A DNA stretch of 64,000 nt from the NCBI GenBank assembly GCA_902769185.1, contig CACXNV010000007.1, positions 9,323-73,322 of the forward strand, read 5' to 3'. The position numbers and the translations under genes were made by a program. Below, piece after piece: positions 17,146-29,571 of the stretch. Source of the stretch: an uncultured Erysipelotrichaceae bacterium (GTDB lineage Bacteria > Bacillota_I > Bacilli_A > RFN20 > CAG-826). Under the pieces are notes generated by a model. It was not told the origin of the DNA. It did no database searches and saw only the letters and a program-made list of their open reading frames with translations. The stretch's first letter is position 1, and every line of letters begins with the position of its first letter.

Positions 17146-17158
17146 AAGGTATTAAATC

Positions 17159-18202
17159 ATGAGATTTGTAATCAAAAGAGATGAATTATTAAAAGCCTTG
17201 CTAATCGCAGGCAGAGCAGTAAATTCAAAATCATCTGCTGTCCCTGTCTTAGCTAATTTAAAACTTGAGTTAGATGAAAAAGGATTATCTATTACAGGTA
17301 GTAACTATGAATTAACTATTAAAACGTCTATTCCTTATACACGTAATGATGTGGAAATAATTAGAAACACTAAAGAAGGTGCAACACTAGTTAACGCTAA
17401 AATCATTACTGATATGGCTAGAAAGATTGATGTGGATGAAATCAATTTTGAAGTAGTTGATTCAACAATTGCAGTTATTACAGCTGGTAAGATTAAATAT
17501 AATTTAAATTGTATTAAAGCAAATGAATATCCTGATATCGATTTAGAACCAAACGGAATTCAAATTAATCTCACTAGAGTAGAATTCTCATCTTTAGTAT
17601 CTCAAACCGCTTTTGCTGCTTCTTTAAAAGAACATAGAAAACAAATTTCAATTTCAACAGATTTAAGATTCTCTGCTAATGTTCCTGCGAAGATGATGGT
17701 GGAAGTTGATCATTTATTAGAGAATGCTGAATCAGTTAAAGTTGCTCTTTCTGATAAGAAAGCATTATTTGAATTTGAATCCACAATTGTTGCTACTAGA
17801 TTAATTGCTGGTGATTATCCAAACACCAAAAACATTGTTCCACGTATCACAAACTACGAATTACAAGTCAATGCCTCTGATTTCTTAAAGGCAATTGACA
17901 GAGTCAATATTCTTTCTATTGATCGTGAAAACGTTGTTGATTTAAGTTTATCTGAAGACGTTGTAGAAATTAGCGCTAAGTCCACTCAAGTTGGATCTGC
18001 TAGTGAAAAACTTGATGTCTTTAAATTCACAGGAAGTAACCTACAAATCAGTTTCAACAGTGAGTTCGTTTCTTCTGCAATTAAGGCCTTAAATAGTGAA
18101 GATGTGACCTTCTTATTCGTTGGTGAAATGAAACCATTTGTGATCAAGAATCCTGAAGATGAATCAGTTGTCCAAATCGTCACTCCTGTTAGAACCTATT
18201 AA
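17159..18202 (+). CDS. dnaN: DNA polymerase III beta sliding clamp (short, 347 aa)
   Basis: MRFVIKRDELLKAL start, QTAFAAS, RLIAGDYPN, C-terminal MKPFVIKNPEDESVVQIVTPVRTY. The domain II N-terminal segment is compressed (see findings). Confidence 0.9.
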   Translation: MRFVIKRDELLKALLIAGRAVNSKSSAVPVLANLKLELDEKGLSITGSNYELTIKTSIPYTRNDVEIIRNTKEGATLVNAKIITDMARKIDVDEINFEVVDSTIAVITAGKIKYNLNCIKANEYPDIDLEPNGIQINLTRVEFSSLVSQTAFAASLKEHRKQISISTDLRFSANVPAKMMVEVDHLLENAESVKVALSDKKALFEFESTIVATRLIAGDYPNTKNIVPRITNYELQVNASDFLKAIDRVNILSIDRENVVDLSLSEDVVEISAKSTQVGSASEKLDVFKFTGSNLQISFNSEFVSSAIKALNSEDVTFLFVGEMKPFVIKNPEDESVVQIVTPVRTY

Positions 18203-18224
18203 TTTCTAATTTAAAATTTATTTA

Positions 18225-18254
18225 GGTACCAGTCGTTATACTGGTGCCTTTTTT
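18225..18254 (+). terminator. Rho-independent terminator after dnaN
   Basis: GGTACCAG-N8-CTGGTGCC (one G-U pair) followed by TTTTTT. Confidence 0.7.
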
Positions 18255-18352
18255 AATGCTCAAAAACGCCTATTTAAGACCTATAATATTTTATGGAATA
18301 TATTATTCCATTTTACATTTATATCGTGTATAATACCTTACAGGAACGTTTT

Positions 18353-18571
18353 ATGTCACTAAAGAGAATTAAGATTCATGACGATCAAGAGTATATTGAG
18401 CTTGGAAATTTGCTCAAAGTGGCAGGTATTATCGATACTGGCGGGTACGCCAAAATGTTCTTAAACGAAAATGAGGTTTACATCAACGGAGAAAGAGATA
18501 CTCGAAGAGGCCGCAAGCTATATCGTGGCGATGTGGTGAAGGTAAACAAAATTGAGTTAGTTGTTGAATAA
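18353..18571 (+). CDS. yaaA: S4-domain RNA-binding protein YaaA
   Basis: From Met21: MSLKRIKIHDDQEYIELGNLLKVAGIIDTGGYAKMFLNENEVYINGERDTRRGRKLYRGDVV. Conserved dnaN-yaaA-recF position. Confidence 0.85.
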   Translation: MSLKRIKIHDDQEYIELGNLLKVAGIIDTGGYAKMFLNENEVYINGERDTRRGRKLYRGDVVKVNKIELVVE

Positions 18572-18573
18572 CC

Positions 18574-21698
<3,125 letters not shown>

Positions 21699-21716
21699 TA
21701 AAGGAGGGAAAAAGTT

Positions 21717-24338
21717 ATGTTGCTCGAAGAAGAAAAGTTAGAAAACGAAGCTGCAGAATCTGAAGAAGAAACTGAAGTTAACGAAGAAGAACTTGAAAAA
21801 ATCGAAGCCGGTATTGTATCTGGCTTAAAAGATGTTAACACTGTTGATATCGTCAAAGAATCCTTCCTTGATTATGCAATGAGTGTTATCGTCTCTCGTG
21901 CTATTCCAGACGCTAGAGATGGTTTAAAGCCTGTCCATAGAAGAATTATCTACGGCATGGATGAATCTGGAATTACTCCTGATAAACCACACGTCAAATC
22001 TGCTCGTATTGTTGGTGATGTCATGGGTAAATATCACCCACATGGTGACTCTGCAATTTACTTATCTTTAGCAAGATTTGCTCAAGATTGGAACATGAGA
22101 CACTGTTTAGTAGACGGACATGGTAACTTTGGTAGTATCGATGGTGATGAACCAGCTGCTATGAGATATACCGAGTCTAGAATGACTAAGATCGCTCTAG
22201 AAATGGTTAGAGATATTGACTGCGATGTTGTCGACTTTGTCGACAATTATGATGGTAGTGAACAAGAACCAAGTGTTTTACCATCTAGATTCCCTAACTT
22301 ATTAGTTAATGGTTCTAGTGGTATCGCCGTAGGTATGGCAACTAATATTCCACCTCATAATTTAGGTGAAGTTATTGATGGTGTTGTTGCTATTGCACAT
22401 AACCCAGAAATCTCTACTCTTGAATTAATGCAATATGTTAAAGGTCCAGATTTCCCAACTGGTGCTCTTATTTTAGGTAGAGGCGGCATTAAAGATGCAT
22501 ATGAAACTGGTACAGGTAGTATTGGTTTAAGAGCAAAATGCCACATTGAAGAAAGAGGAGAACATGGATTAAAACGTATTATCGTTGATGAAATCCCATA
22601 TGGACTTAACAAAGCTACTTTAGTAGAATCCATTGCTCAACTCGCTAGAGATAAAGTAGTGGACGGCATTACTGAAGTTAGAGATGAAACCAATAAAAAG
22701 GGTATTCGTATTGTTATTGAAGTTAGAAGAGACATCATTCCTGAAGTTTTACTCAACCAACTTTATAAAAATACATCCTTACAAACTAGCTACGGCATTA
22801 TCATGCTTTGCTTAATTGATGGGGCACCAAAAATTGCTCCTTTAAGAACTCTTTTACAAACTTACCTTGATTTCCAAGTGGAAGTTATTGAAAGAAGAAC
22901 TAAGTTCTTATTAAGAAAAGATGAAGAAAGACATCATATCGTTTCTGGTTTAATTAAATGTCACGATAACATTGATGAAATCGTTGATATCATTAAGGCA
23001 AGTAAAACTCCAGAAGACGCTACTGTTGTCTTAATGGAAAAATATCAATTCTCTGAAGCTCAAGTTCAAGCAATTTTGGCGATGACTTTAAGAAGATTAA
23101 CTGGTATTGAAACCGATAAGTTAGAAGCTGAAAAAGCTCAACTTGAAGCTAACATTAAAGAATACAACCACATTCTTTCTAGTAGAGAAAACGAAATCGA
23201 AGTCGTGGTTAGAGAATTATTAGAAATTAAAGAGAAATACGCAGATGCGCGTAGAACTGAAATCACTAATGATGCCGCTAACATTGATGATGAAGATTTA
23301 ATCCCACAAGAAAATATCGTTGTTGCAATTACTCGTGGTGGATATGTGAAGAGATTAACATCTGATTCCTTCAAAGCTCAAAATAGAGGTGGTAGAGGTG
23401 TTAGAGGCATGTCCACTAACGAAAACGATATCGTGGACAATATGGTTTATACCAAAACCCACACTGATTTACTCTTCTTTACCGATTTCGGTAAAGTCTA
23501 TAGAATTCGTGGTTATATGATTCCAGAATTCTCTAAAGCTAGTAAAGGTGTACCAATTATCAACTTAATTAACATTGAAAAAGGTGAAAGTGTTAAAGCA
23601 ATTATTGCCTGTGATGAATATCAAGAAGATCACTATTTAATGTTCTTCACTAAAAAAGGTGTAGTTAAGAAAACTCTTATTAGTGAATATGAATCCATCC
23701 GTCAAAACGGAAAAATCGCTATCTCCATGAGAGAAGGCGATACCTTATTCGCAGTTAAAGAAGTTCATGAAGATACAATTATTGGTATTGCTGCAAGTAA
23801 TTCCAAGATGGTGAACTTTAAAGGCGAAGAAGTTAGACCAATGGGTCGTACCGCTAGTGGTGTTAAGGGTATTGAACTTGCTGAAAACGAAGAAGTTGTT
23901 GGTGTTACTACCTCCTTAGAAGGAGAACACATCTTAGCAATGACTTCTAAAGGCTTTGGTAAACTCACCCCTGTCTTTGATGCTGATGGAGAAACCACTT
24001 ATAGAATCACAAAACGTGGTGCTAAAGGTGTTACAACCTTAAAAGCCACTGAAAAAGTTGGTGATTTAATTGCTGTTAAAGCCGTTTCTTTAGAAGATGA
24101 CTTAATGTGTATTACTTCTGCTGGTATCGTTATTAGAACCCCACTTGCTCAAGTTAGAGTTTGTGGAAGAAATACTTCTGGTGTGAAGATTATGAACTTA
24201 GAAGGTAGACAAAAGATTGTCTCTATCGCTATCGTTCCACACGAAGAACCTTCTACAGAAGAAGAAGTTGAAGCTGGAGAAGCAAGTGCTGAAGAAGCTC
24301 CAGCAAGTGAAGAATTCAAAGATACTTCATTAGAATAA
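21717..24338 (+). CDS. gyrA: DNA gyrase subunit A
   Basis: [25 protein letters not shown], catalytic-Tyr region [10 protein letters not shown]-terminal beta-pinwheel repeats. Acidic N-terminal extension and C-terminal tail. Confidence 0.97.
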   Translation: MLLEEEKLENEAAESEEETEVNEEELEKIEAGIVSGLKDVNTVDIVKESFLDYAMSVIVSRAIPDARDGLKPVHRRIIYGMDESGITPDKPHVKSARIVGDVMGKYHPHGDSAIYLSLARFAQDWNMRHCLVDGHGNFGSIDGDEPAAMRYTESRMTKIALEMVRDIDCDVVDFVDNYDGSEQEPSVLPSRFPNLLVNGSSGIAVGMATNIPPHNLGEVIDGVVAIAHNPEISTLELMQYVKGPDFPTGALILGRGGIKDAYETGTGSIGLRAKCHIEERGEHGLKRIIVDEIPYGLNKATLVESIAQLARDKVVDGITEVRDETNKKGIRIVIEVRRDIIPEVLLNQLYKNTSLQTSYGIIMLCLIDGAPKIAPLRTLLQTYLDFQVEVIERRTKFLLRKDEERHHIVSGLIKCHDNIDEIVDIIKASKTPEDATVVLMEKYQFSEAQVQAILAMTLRRLTGIETDKLEAEKAQLEANIKEYNHILSSRENEIEVVVRELLEIKEKYADARRTEITNDAANIDDEDLIPQENIVVAITRGGYVKRLTSDSFKAQNRGGRGVRGMSTNENDIVDNMVYTKTHTDLLFFTDFGKVYRIRGYMIPEFSKASKGVPIINLINIEKGESVKAIIACDEYQEDHYLMFFTKKGVVKKTLISEYESIRQNGKIAISMREGDTLFAVKEVHEDTIIGIAASNSKMVNFKGEEVRPMGRTASGVKGIELAENEEVVGVTTSLEGEHILAMTSKGFGKLTPVFDADGETTYRITKRGAKGVTTLKATEKVGDLIAVKAVSLEDDLMCITSAGIVIRTPLAQVRVCGRNTSGVKIMNLEGRQKIVSIAIVPHEEPSTEEEVEAGEASAEEAPASEEFKDTSLE

Positions 24339-24376
24339 TTAACCTAAATATTGGTTATAAAAAGGACATAAATATT

Positions 24377-25660
24377 ATGTTAGATATTAATTTAATTAGA
24401 GAAAAACCAGAATACGTAAAAGAAGCTCTTAAAAAGAAGCTTTGGGATACTGATTTTACTGAATTACTTTCTTGGGACAAAGAAAAAAGAGAACTATTAA
24501 AAGTAGTTGAAGATAATAAAGCAGAAATGAATAGACTTTCCGCCTCTGTCCCTGCTGCTAAAAAGGCTGGCGAAGATGTTTCAAAAATCTTTATGCAAGT
24601 TAAAGAAATTGCCAAGAAAAATGCCGAATTTGAAGCAAAATTAGAGCAAATTTCCGCTAAAATGACCGAGTTTCTTGAAGCTTTACCAAACATTCCTGAT
24701 GACGATTTAGTGGGTGGTGGTAAAGAAAATAACAAGGTCATTCATGTCTATGGTAAAAAACCTGAATTTAGTTTCAAAATGAAGGACCATGTTGAGCTCG
24801 CTACCTCTTTAGGATTAGTCGATTATGATCGAGGTGCTAAAGTGGCAGGTAGAGGCAGCTGGGTCTATACAAACTTAGGCGCTCAACTCGAATGGGCATT
24901 ACTCAATTTCTTCATTTCTGAACATTTAAAAGATGGCTATGAATTTATACTACCTCCACATTTATTAAACGAACAAAGTGGATATGTCGCAGGACAATTC
25001 CCAAAATTCAGAGAAGACGTTTTCTGGCTTGAAGGATTAGAGCCACAAAGATTCTTATTACCAACTGCTGAAACTGCTTTAGTTAATCTTCATAGAGATG
25101 AGATTATGAGCGAAGATGATCTTCCTAAAAAATACTTTGCCTATACTCCATGTTATAGAAGAGAAGCTGGCAGCTATCGAACTGAAGAAAGAGGGATGAT
25201 TAGAGGCTATCAATTCGATAAAGTTGAGATGGTCCAATATACCAAACCAGAAGATAGTGATAAAGCTTTCGAAGAATTAGTAGGAAAAGCCGCTAGCTTA
25301 GTTGATAAACTTGGATTACATTTCCAAATTTCTAAATTAGCAGCTGGAGATATCTCTCATTCCATGGCGAGAACTTACGATATTGAAGTTTATATTCCTT
25401 CAATTGGTATTTATAAAGAAGTTAGCTCTGCTAGTAACGCTAGAGACTATCAAGCTAGACGTGGAAGAGTGAGATATAGAGACTCCGCTACTGGTAAAAC
25501 CAGATTTGTTCATACATTAAACGCATCTGGACTTGCTACTAGCCGTGTCTTCCCTGCAATCTTAGAACAATATCAACAAGAAGATGGCTCAGTCGTCGTT
25601 CCTGAAGTCTTAAGACCATTTATGGGCGGACTTGAAGTCATTAGACCTGTTAAAAAATAA
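24377..25660 (+). CDS. serS: Seryl-tRNA synthetase
   Basis: 427 aa. MLDINLIREKPE start; coiled-coil N-arm; class II motifs (CYRREAGS, GLATSR). Confidence 0.95.
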   Translation: MLDINLIREKPEYVKEALKKKLWDTDFTELLSWDKEKRELLKVVEDNKAEMNRLSASVPAAKKAGEDVSKIFMQVKEIAKKNAEFEAKLEQISAKMTEFLEALPNIPDDDLVGGGKENNKVIHVYGKKPEFSFKMKDHVELATSLGLVDYDRGAKVAGRGSWVYTNLGAQLEWALLNFFISEHLKDGYEFILPPHLLNEQSGYVAGQFPKFREDVFWLEGLEPQRFLLPTAETALVNLHRDEIMSEDDLPKKYFAYTPCYRREAGSYRTEERGMIRGYQFDKVEMVQYTKPEDSDKAFEELVGKAASLVDKLGLHFQISKLAAGDISHSMARTYDIEVYIPSIGIYKEVSSASNARDYQARRGRVRYRDSATGKTRFVHTLNASGLATSRVFPAILEQYQQEDGSVVVPEVLRPFMGGLEVIRPVKK

Positions 25661-25680
25661 TTAAACAATTATACAAATTG

Positions 25681-25705
25681 CCTTCTCTTTACGAGAAGGT
25701 TTTTT
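25681..25705 (+). terminator. Rho-independent terminator of serS
   Basis: CCTTCTC-TTTAC-GAGAAGG followed by TTTTTT. Confidence 0.75.
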
Positions 25706-25719
25706 GTTATAATAAGAAC

Positions 25720-26070
25720 ATGGCGAATATAAAAGAATTTTCAGGACTTATCTATGTCCAAATTAATGGTGGCTACATCAAAAAGTTTGGTGGAATGATT
25801 GATTACAAAATTGATGGAAACTACTTAAAAGAATTCTCTGGAAGAATTATCTATAAAATCGAAGGAGACGATATTAAAGATTTCTATGGGAGAATCATTC
25901 TTCAATTTAGAAATAATCGATTAAGACATTTTGCAGGGATGGATGAGTATAAAGTTGAAGACAATTATATCAAAGATATATATGGCAGGATCTTATATAA
26001 AATCGATGGATATCTATCTAGAATAGAGCTAATGTTCGCATTGACATTGCTATTCGAAGAAAAATATTAA
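25720..26070 (+). CDS. Small tandem-repeat protein (six ~16-aa beta-hairpin-type repeats; beta-flower-like)
   Basis: 116 aa from ATG 25720. Repeats: IKEFSGLIYVQINGGY / IKKFGGMIDYKIDGNY / LKEFSGRIIYKIEGDD / IKDFYGRIILQFRNNR / LRHFAGMDEYKVEDNY / IKDIYGRILYKIDGY. The track ORF's 5' extension overlaps the serS terminator. Confidence 0.65.
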   Translation: MANIKEFSGLIYVQINGGYIKKFGGMIDYKIDGNYLKEFSGRIIYKIEGDDIKDFYGRIILQFRNNRLRHFAGMDEYKVEDNYIKDIYGRILYKIDGYLSRIELMFALTLLFEEKY

Positions 26071-26072
26071 GA

Positions 26073-26095
26073 AGTGCAGAAATTGCACTTTTTTA
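26073..26095 (+). terminator. Rho-independent terminator
   Basis: AGTGCA-GAAAT-TGCACT followed by TTTTTT. Confidence 0.7.
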
Positions 26096-26142
26096 TTTAT
26101 ATATATCATTATTTATATTAATATAATGCCGAGGTTTGTATT

Positions 26143-27336
26143 ATGACACTTAAAGAAATACGCAAAAATTGCAAATTAACTCAAAAGGAAGCTGCTGATG
26201 TTGTTGGCATGCCTTTAAGAACTTATGTTGATTATGAAACTAAAGAAAAAGAGGCTGATCAAATTAAATTAGAAGGTATTAAAGATCGTTTAATGGAATA
26301 CGCCGCGAAAGATACTTCTATTTTAAAAGATAAGGTTTTATTAATTACTGGTGGTACTGGTAGTTTTGGTCACGCTGTAGTGGACCGTTTCTTAGATAGC
26401 GAAATTAAAGAGATTCGTATTTTATCTCGTGATGAAAAGAAACAAGATGATATGCGTAAAGCATATAATAACTCCAAACTTAAATTTTATATTGGCGATG
26501 TGAGAAATCTTGATTCTATTATTGATGCCTTTAAAGGTGTTGATTATGTTTTTTCTGCTGCTGCTTTAAAACAAGTACCATCTTGTGAATTCTATCCAAT
26601 GGAAGCTGTGAGAACAAATGTAATTGGTAGCGATAATGTTATTACTGCTTGTGTACGTAATGGAGTTAAGAAGGCTATCTTCTTATCTACAGATAAGGCT
26701 GCTTATCCAATTAACGCGATGGGTATCTCCAAGGCATTAATGGAAAAGAATGTTATTGCTAGAAGTAGACAACTTCTTCCAGGAGACACAGTACTTTGTT
26801 TAACTAGATATGGAAACGTTATGGCCTCTAGAGGATCAGTTATTCCATTATTCTTAAATCAAATCCATGAAGGTAAGCCAATTACAATCACAAATCCAGA
26901 TATGACTAGATTTATGATGACTTTGGATGACGCTGTGGATTTAGTGCTATACGCCTTTGAACACGGAGAGCAAGGTGATTTATTTGTTCAAAAAGCACCT
27001 GCTGCCACAATTGAAACACTTGCTAAAGCAGTTATTGAATTAACTGGTTCTAAAACTGGCGTTTCATATATTGGAACTAGACACGGAGAAAAATTATATG
27101 AGACTCTTGTTACACAAGAGGAGATGCTTAAATCTGTAGATATGGGTAATTTCTTCTGTATTAAAGCGGATAACCGTGATCTTAACTACGATAAATATTT
27201 CTCCAAAGGAAATAAGAAATTAAATTTAGGTGAAAGCTATACTTCCCATAACACTGGTAGATTAGACGTTGAAGGAATGAAAAATCTCCTTAAAAAATTA
27301 GAATTATTTGGTGGACCAGTTAGACAACATGAATAA
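26143..27336 (+). CDS. fnlA: UDP-N-acetylglucosamine 4,6-dehydratase/5-epimerase (CapE/FnlA/WbjB) with N-terminal XRE-type HTH
   Basis: 397 aa. Residues about 1-35 (LKEIRKNCKLTQKEAADVVGMPLRTYVDYE) form an XRE HTH. From about residue 60 it is near-colinear with CapE as I recall it: LLITGGTGSFG, EIRILSRDEKKQDDMRK, AAALKQVPSCEF, LSTDKAAYPINAMGISKA, RYGNVMASRGSVIPLF. GAGGT Shine-Dalgarno 8 nt before ATG 26143. Confidence 0.9.
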   Translation: MTLKEIRKNCKLTQKEAADVVGMPLRTYVDYETKEKEADQIKLEGIKDRLMEYAAKDTSILKDKVLLITGGTGSFGHAVVDRFLDSEIKEIRILSRDEKKQDDMRKAYNNSKLKFYIGDVRNLDSIIDAFKGVDYVFSAAALKQVPSCEFYPMEAVRTNVIGSDNVITACVRNGVKKAIFLSTDKAAYPINAMGISKALMEKNVIARSRQLLPGDTVLCLTRYGNVMASRGSVIPLFLNQIHEGKPITITNPDMTRFMMTLDDAVDLVLYAFEHGEQGDLFVQKAPAATIETLAKAVIELTGSKTGVSYIGTRHGEKLYETLVTQEEMLKSVDMGNFFCIKADNRDLNYDKYFSKGNKKLNLGESYTSHNTGRLDVEGMKNLLKKLELFGGPVRQHE

Positions 27337-28432
27337 GATTTTAGTTACAGGCGCAAAAGGCTTTATCGGTAAACATCTTTGTCTTAAGTTAGAACGACTT
27401 GGTTTTACTATTTTTAAGTATGACATCGATTCTAATAAAGAAGACTTAGAAAAATTTGTTTCCGAATGTGATTTTGTTGTGCATTTAGCAGGCATAAATC
27501 GACCTTTAACAGTGGAAGAATTTTATGAAGGAAACACTAACTTTACTAAGCACTTAATTGACCTAATTAAAGCAAAAAGAGACGCGGAGCTGCGCGTAAT
27601 TATGTCGAGTTCAACTCAAGCAGAACTTGATAATGATTATGGAAAAAGTAAGAAAATGGGAGAGGATTATTTATTAAATTCTGGATTACCTGTTTTTGTC
27701 TATCGACTCGCTAATGTTTTTGGCAAATGGTGCCGTCCAAATTATAATTCTGCGGCCGCCACTTTCTGCTATAACATCGCTCATGATTTAGATATTACTA
27801 TTAGAGATAGAGAATATGTTGTTCACTATAATTATGTAGATGATATCGTTGATGAATTTATTAGAGTTATTAAAAGTGATATAAGAGGATCGAAAGATAT
27901 TCTAAAAGTAAGACCAGTTTATGATTGTTCACTTGGTAAATTAGCGGATCTTCTCTATTACTTTAAAAAAGAAATTGAATCAGATAGACACCTACCACTC
28001 ATTCATGATGAATTTGAACTAAAATTATTTAAAACTTTCTGCGATTATCTTTCTGAGGAAGGATATACATATAATTTTGCAGAAGACGCCCGTGGAAGTT
28101 TTGAAGAATTATATAAGTCTAAAAAGTGGGGACAAATATCTGATAATGTAGCTTATCCTGGTATCACCAAAGGTGGACATTATCACACTTATAAAAAAGA
28201 AATCTTTTATACAGTGATTGGTGAAAGCGAAATTAAACAAAGAAATATCAAAACTAATGAGATGATTGTTAATAAAGTTAGTGGAGATAAACCTGAACCA
28301 ATTGAAATAAAAGTGGGCTATACCCACCAAATTACCAACATTGGTAAAATAAACACGCACACTATAATGTGGATTAGTGAAATTTATAATCCTGATACCC
28401 ACGATACATATAAAGAAGAGGTAGAAAAATGA
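27329..28432 (+). CDS. fnlB: UDP-2-acetamido-2,6-dideoxy-hexulose reductase/epimerase (CapF/FnlB/WbjC; SDR plus C-terminal cupin)
   Basis: From ATG 27329: MNKILVTGAKGFIGKHL Rossmann start; C-terminal cupin-like GGHYHTYK...ITNIG. 8-nt overlap with fnlA. Confidence 0.85.
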   Translation: MNKILVTGAKGFIGKHLCLKLERLGFTIFKYDIDSNKEDLEKFVSECDFVVHLAGINRPLTVEEFYEGNTNFTKHLIDLIKAKRDAELRVIMSSSTQAELDNDYGKSKKMGEDYLLNSGLPVFVYRLANVFGKWCRPNYNSAAATFCYNIAHDLDITIRDREYVVHYNYVDDIVDEFIRVIKSDIRGSKDILKVRPVYDCSLGKLADLLYYFKKEIESDRHLPLIHDEFELKLFKTFCDYLSEEGYTYNFAEDARGSFEELYKSKKWGQISDNVAYPGITKGGHYHTYKKEIFYTVIGESEIKQRNIKTNEMIVNKVSGDKPEPIEIKVGYTHQITNIGKINTHTIMWISEIYNPDTHDTYKEEVEK

Positions 28433-29553
28433 AAAAGAAAATTAAAGTAGTAACAATTATTGGAACTCGTCCAGAGATTATAAGATTATCTGAAGTCATT
28501 AAAGCTTTAGATAAAGATGAAGAAATTGATCATATCTTAGTTCATACAGGCCAAAACTATGACTACGAATTAAATCAAATCTTCTTTGAAGAATTAGATT
28601 TAAGATCGCCAGATTATTATCTAAACTGCGCTGGTAAAAATTTAGGTGAAACTATTGGTAATGCAATATCTAAATCTTATGATTTACTAAAAGAATTAAA
28701 TCCAGATGCTGTATTAATTTTAGGTGACACTAATTCTGCTTTATGTGCAATCTCAGCTAAACGATTAAAATTACCTATCTTCCATATGGAAGCTGGTAAT
28801 AGATGTGGTGACTGGAATGTTCCAGAAACCATTAATAGAAAAATAGTGGACCATATTTCAGATATTAATCTTCCTTATACTAATCACGCATATGCGAATT
28901 TAATGAAAGAAGGCATTGAAAAAGAATATACATTTGTAACTGGATCCCCAATGCTTGAAGTCTTAAATGCTCAAAATCATAAGATTGAAGCAAGTAAAGT
29001 ATTAGAAGATTTAGGATTAGAAAAAGGCAAATATATTGTTGTCTCTTCTCATAGAGAAGAAAATATCGATATTGAAAAGAATTTTAACCAGTTAATGCCT
29101 GCAATTAATGATATTGCGGAAAAATATCAAATGCCTGTTATCTTCTCTACTCACCCTAGAACTAAAAAAAGATTAGAGGCTAATAACTTTAAAATGCATC
29201 CACTTGTGAGAAACTTAAAACCATTAGGTTTCTTAGAATACGTTAAACTTCAAGAAAATGCTTTTATTGTTTTAAGTGATAGTGGCACTCTTACTGAAGA
29301 AAGCGCAATGAGACACTTTCCTGCTGTTTTAATTAGAACATCTACTGAAAGACCTGAAGGAGTAGAAGCAGGAAGTATTGTTGTTTCTGGAATTGATAGA
29401 CAAGGTATTATGCTAGCTATTGATACCGAATTAATGAGATACAAATTTGCGAAAACACCTGAAAACTATGATGTTACTGATGTCTCGGCGAGAGTTGTAA
29501 ATCACATCAAAACCAAAATTGATGTCGTAAACAAAGAAATTTGGAAGAAGTAA
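28429..29553 (+). CDS. fnlC: UDP-N-acetylglucosamine 2-epimerase, non-hydrolysing type (CapG/FnlC/WbjD)
   Basis: 374 aa. KVVTIIGTRPEIIRL, VHTGQNYD, LGDTNS, SDSGTLTEE. ATGA overlap with fnlB. Confidence 0.9.
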   Translation: MKKKIKVVTIIGTRPEIIRLSEVIKALDKDEEIDHILVHTGQNYDYELNQIFFEELDLRSPDYYLNCAGKNLGETIGNAISKSYDLLKELNPDAVLILGDTNSALCAISAKRLKLPIFHMEAGNRCGDWNVPETINRKIVDHISDINLPYTNHAYANLMKEGIEKEYTFVTGSPMLEVLNAQNHKIEASKVLEDLGLEKGKYIVVSSHREENIDIEKNFNQLMPAINDIAEKYQMPVIFSTHPRTKKRLEANNFKMHPLVRNLKPLGFLEYVKLQENAFIVLSDSGTLTEESAMRHFPAVLIRTSTERPEGVEAGSIVVSGIDRQGIMLAIDTELMRYKFAKTPENYDVTDVSARVVNHIKTKIDVVNKEIWKK

Positions 29554-29571
29554 CTACTTCTTCCTTTTTTT
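29543..29571. terminator. Bidirectional hairpin built from the 3' ends of two convergent genes
   Basis: GGAAGAAG-TAACTA-CTTCTTCC followed by TTTTTTT. The fnlC stop ends at 29553 and the convergent gene's stop starts at 29554. Confidence 0.55.

Noticed and set aside
24339-24376. Expected leader elements: a T-box upstream of serS and an M-box upstream of mgtE (42172-42244).
   Set aside because: The intergenic spaces are only about 38 nt and about 73 nt, too short for either element, and no conserved cores are present.
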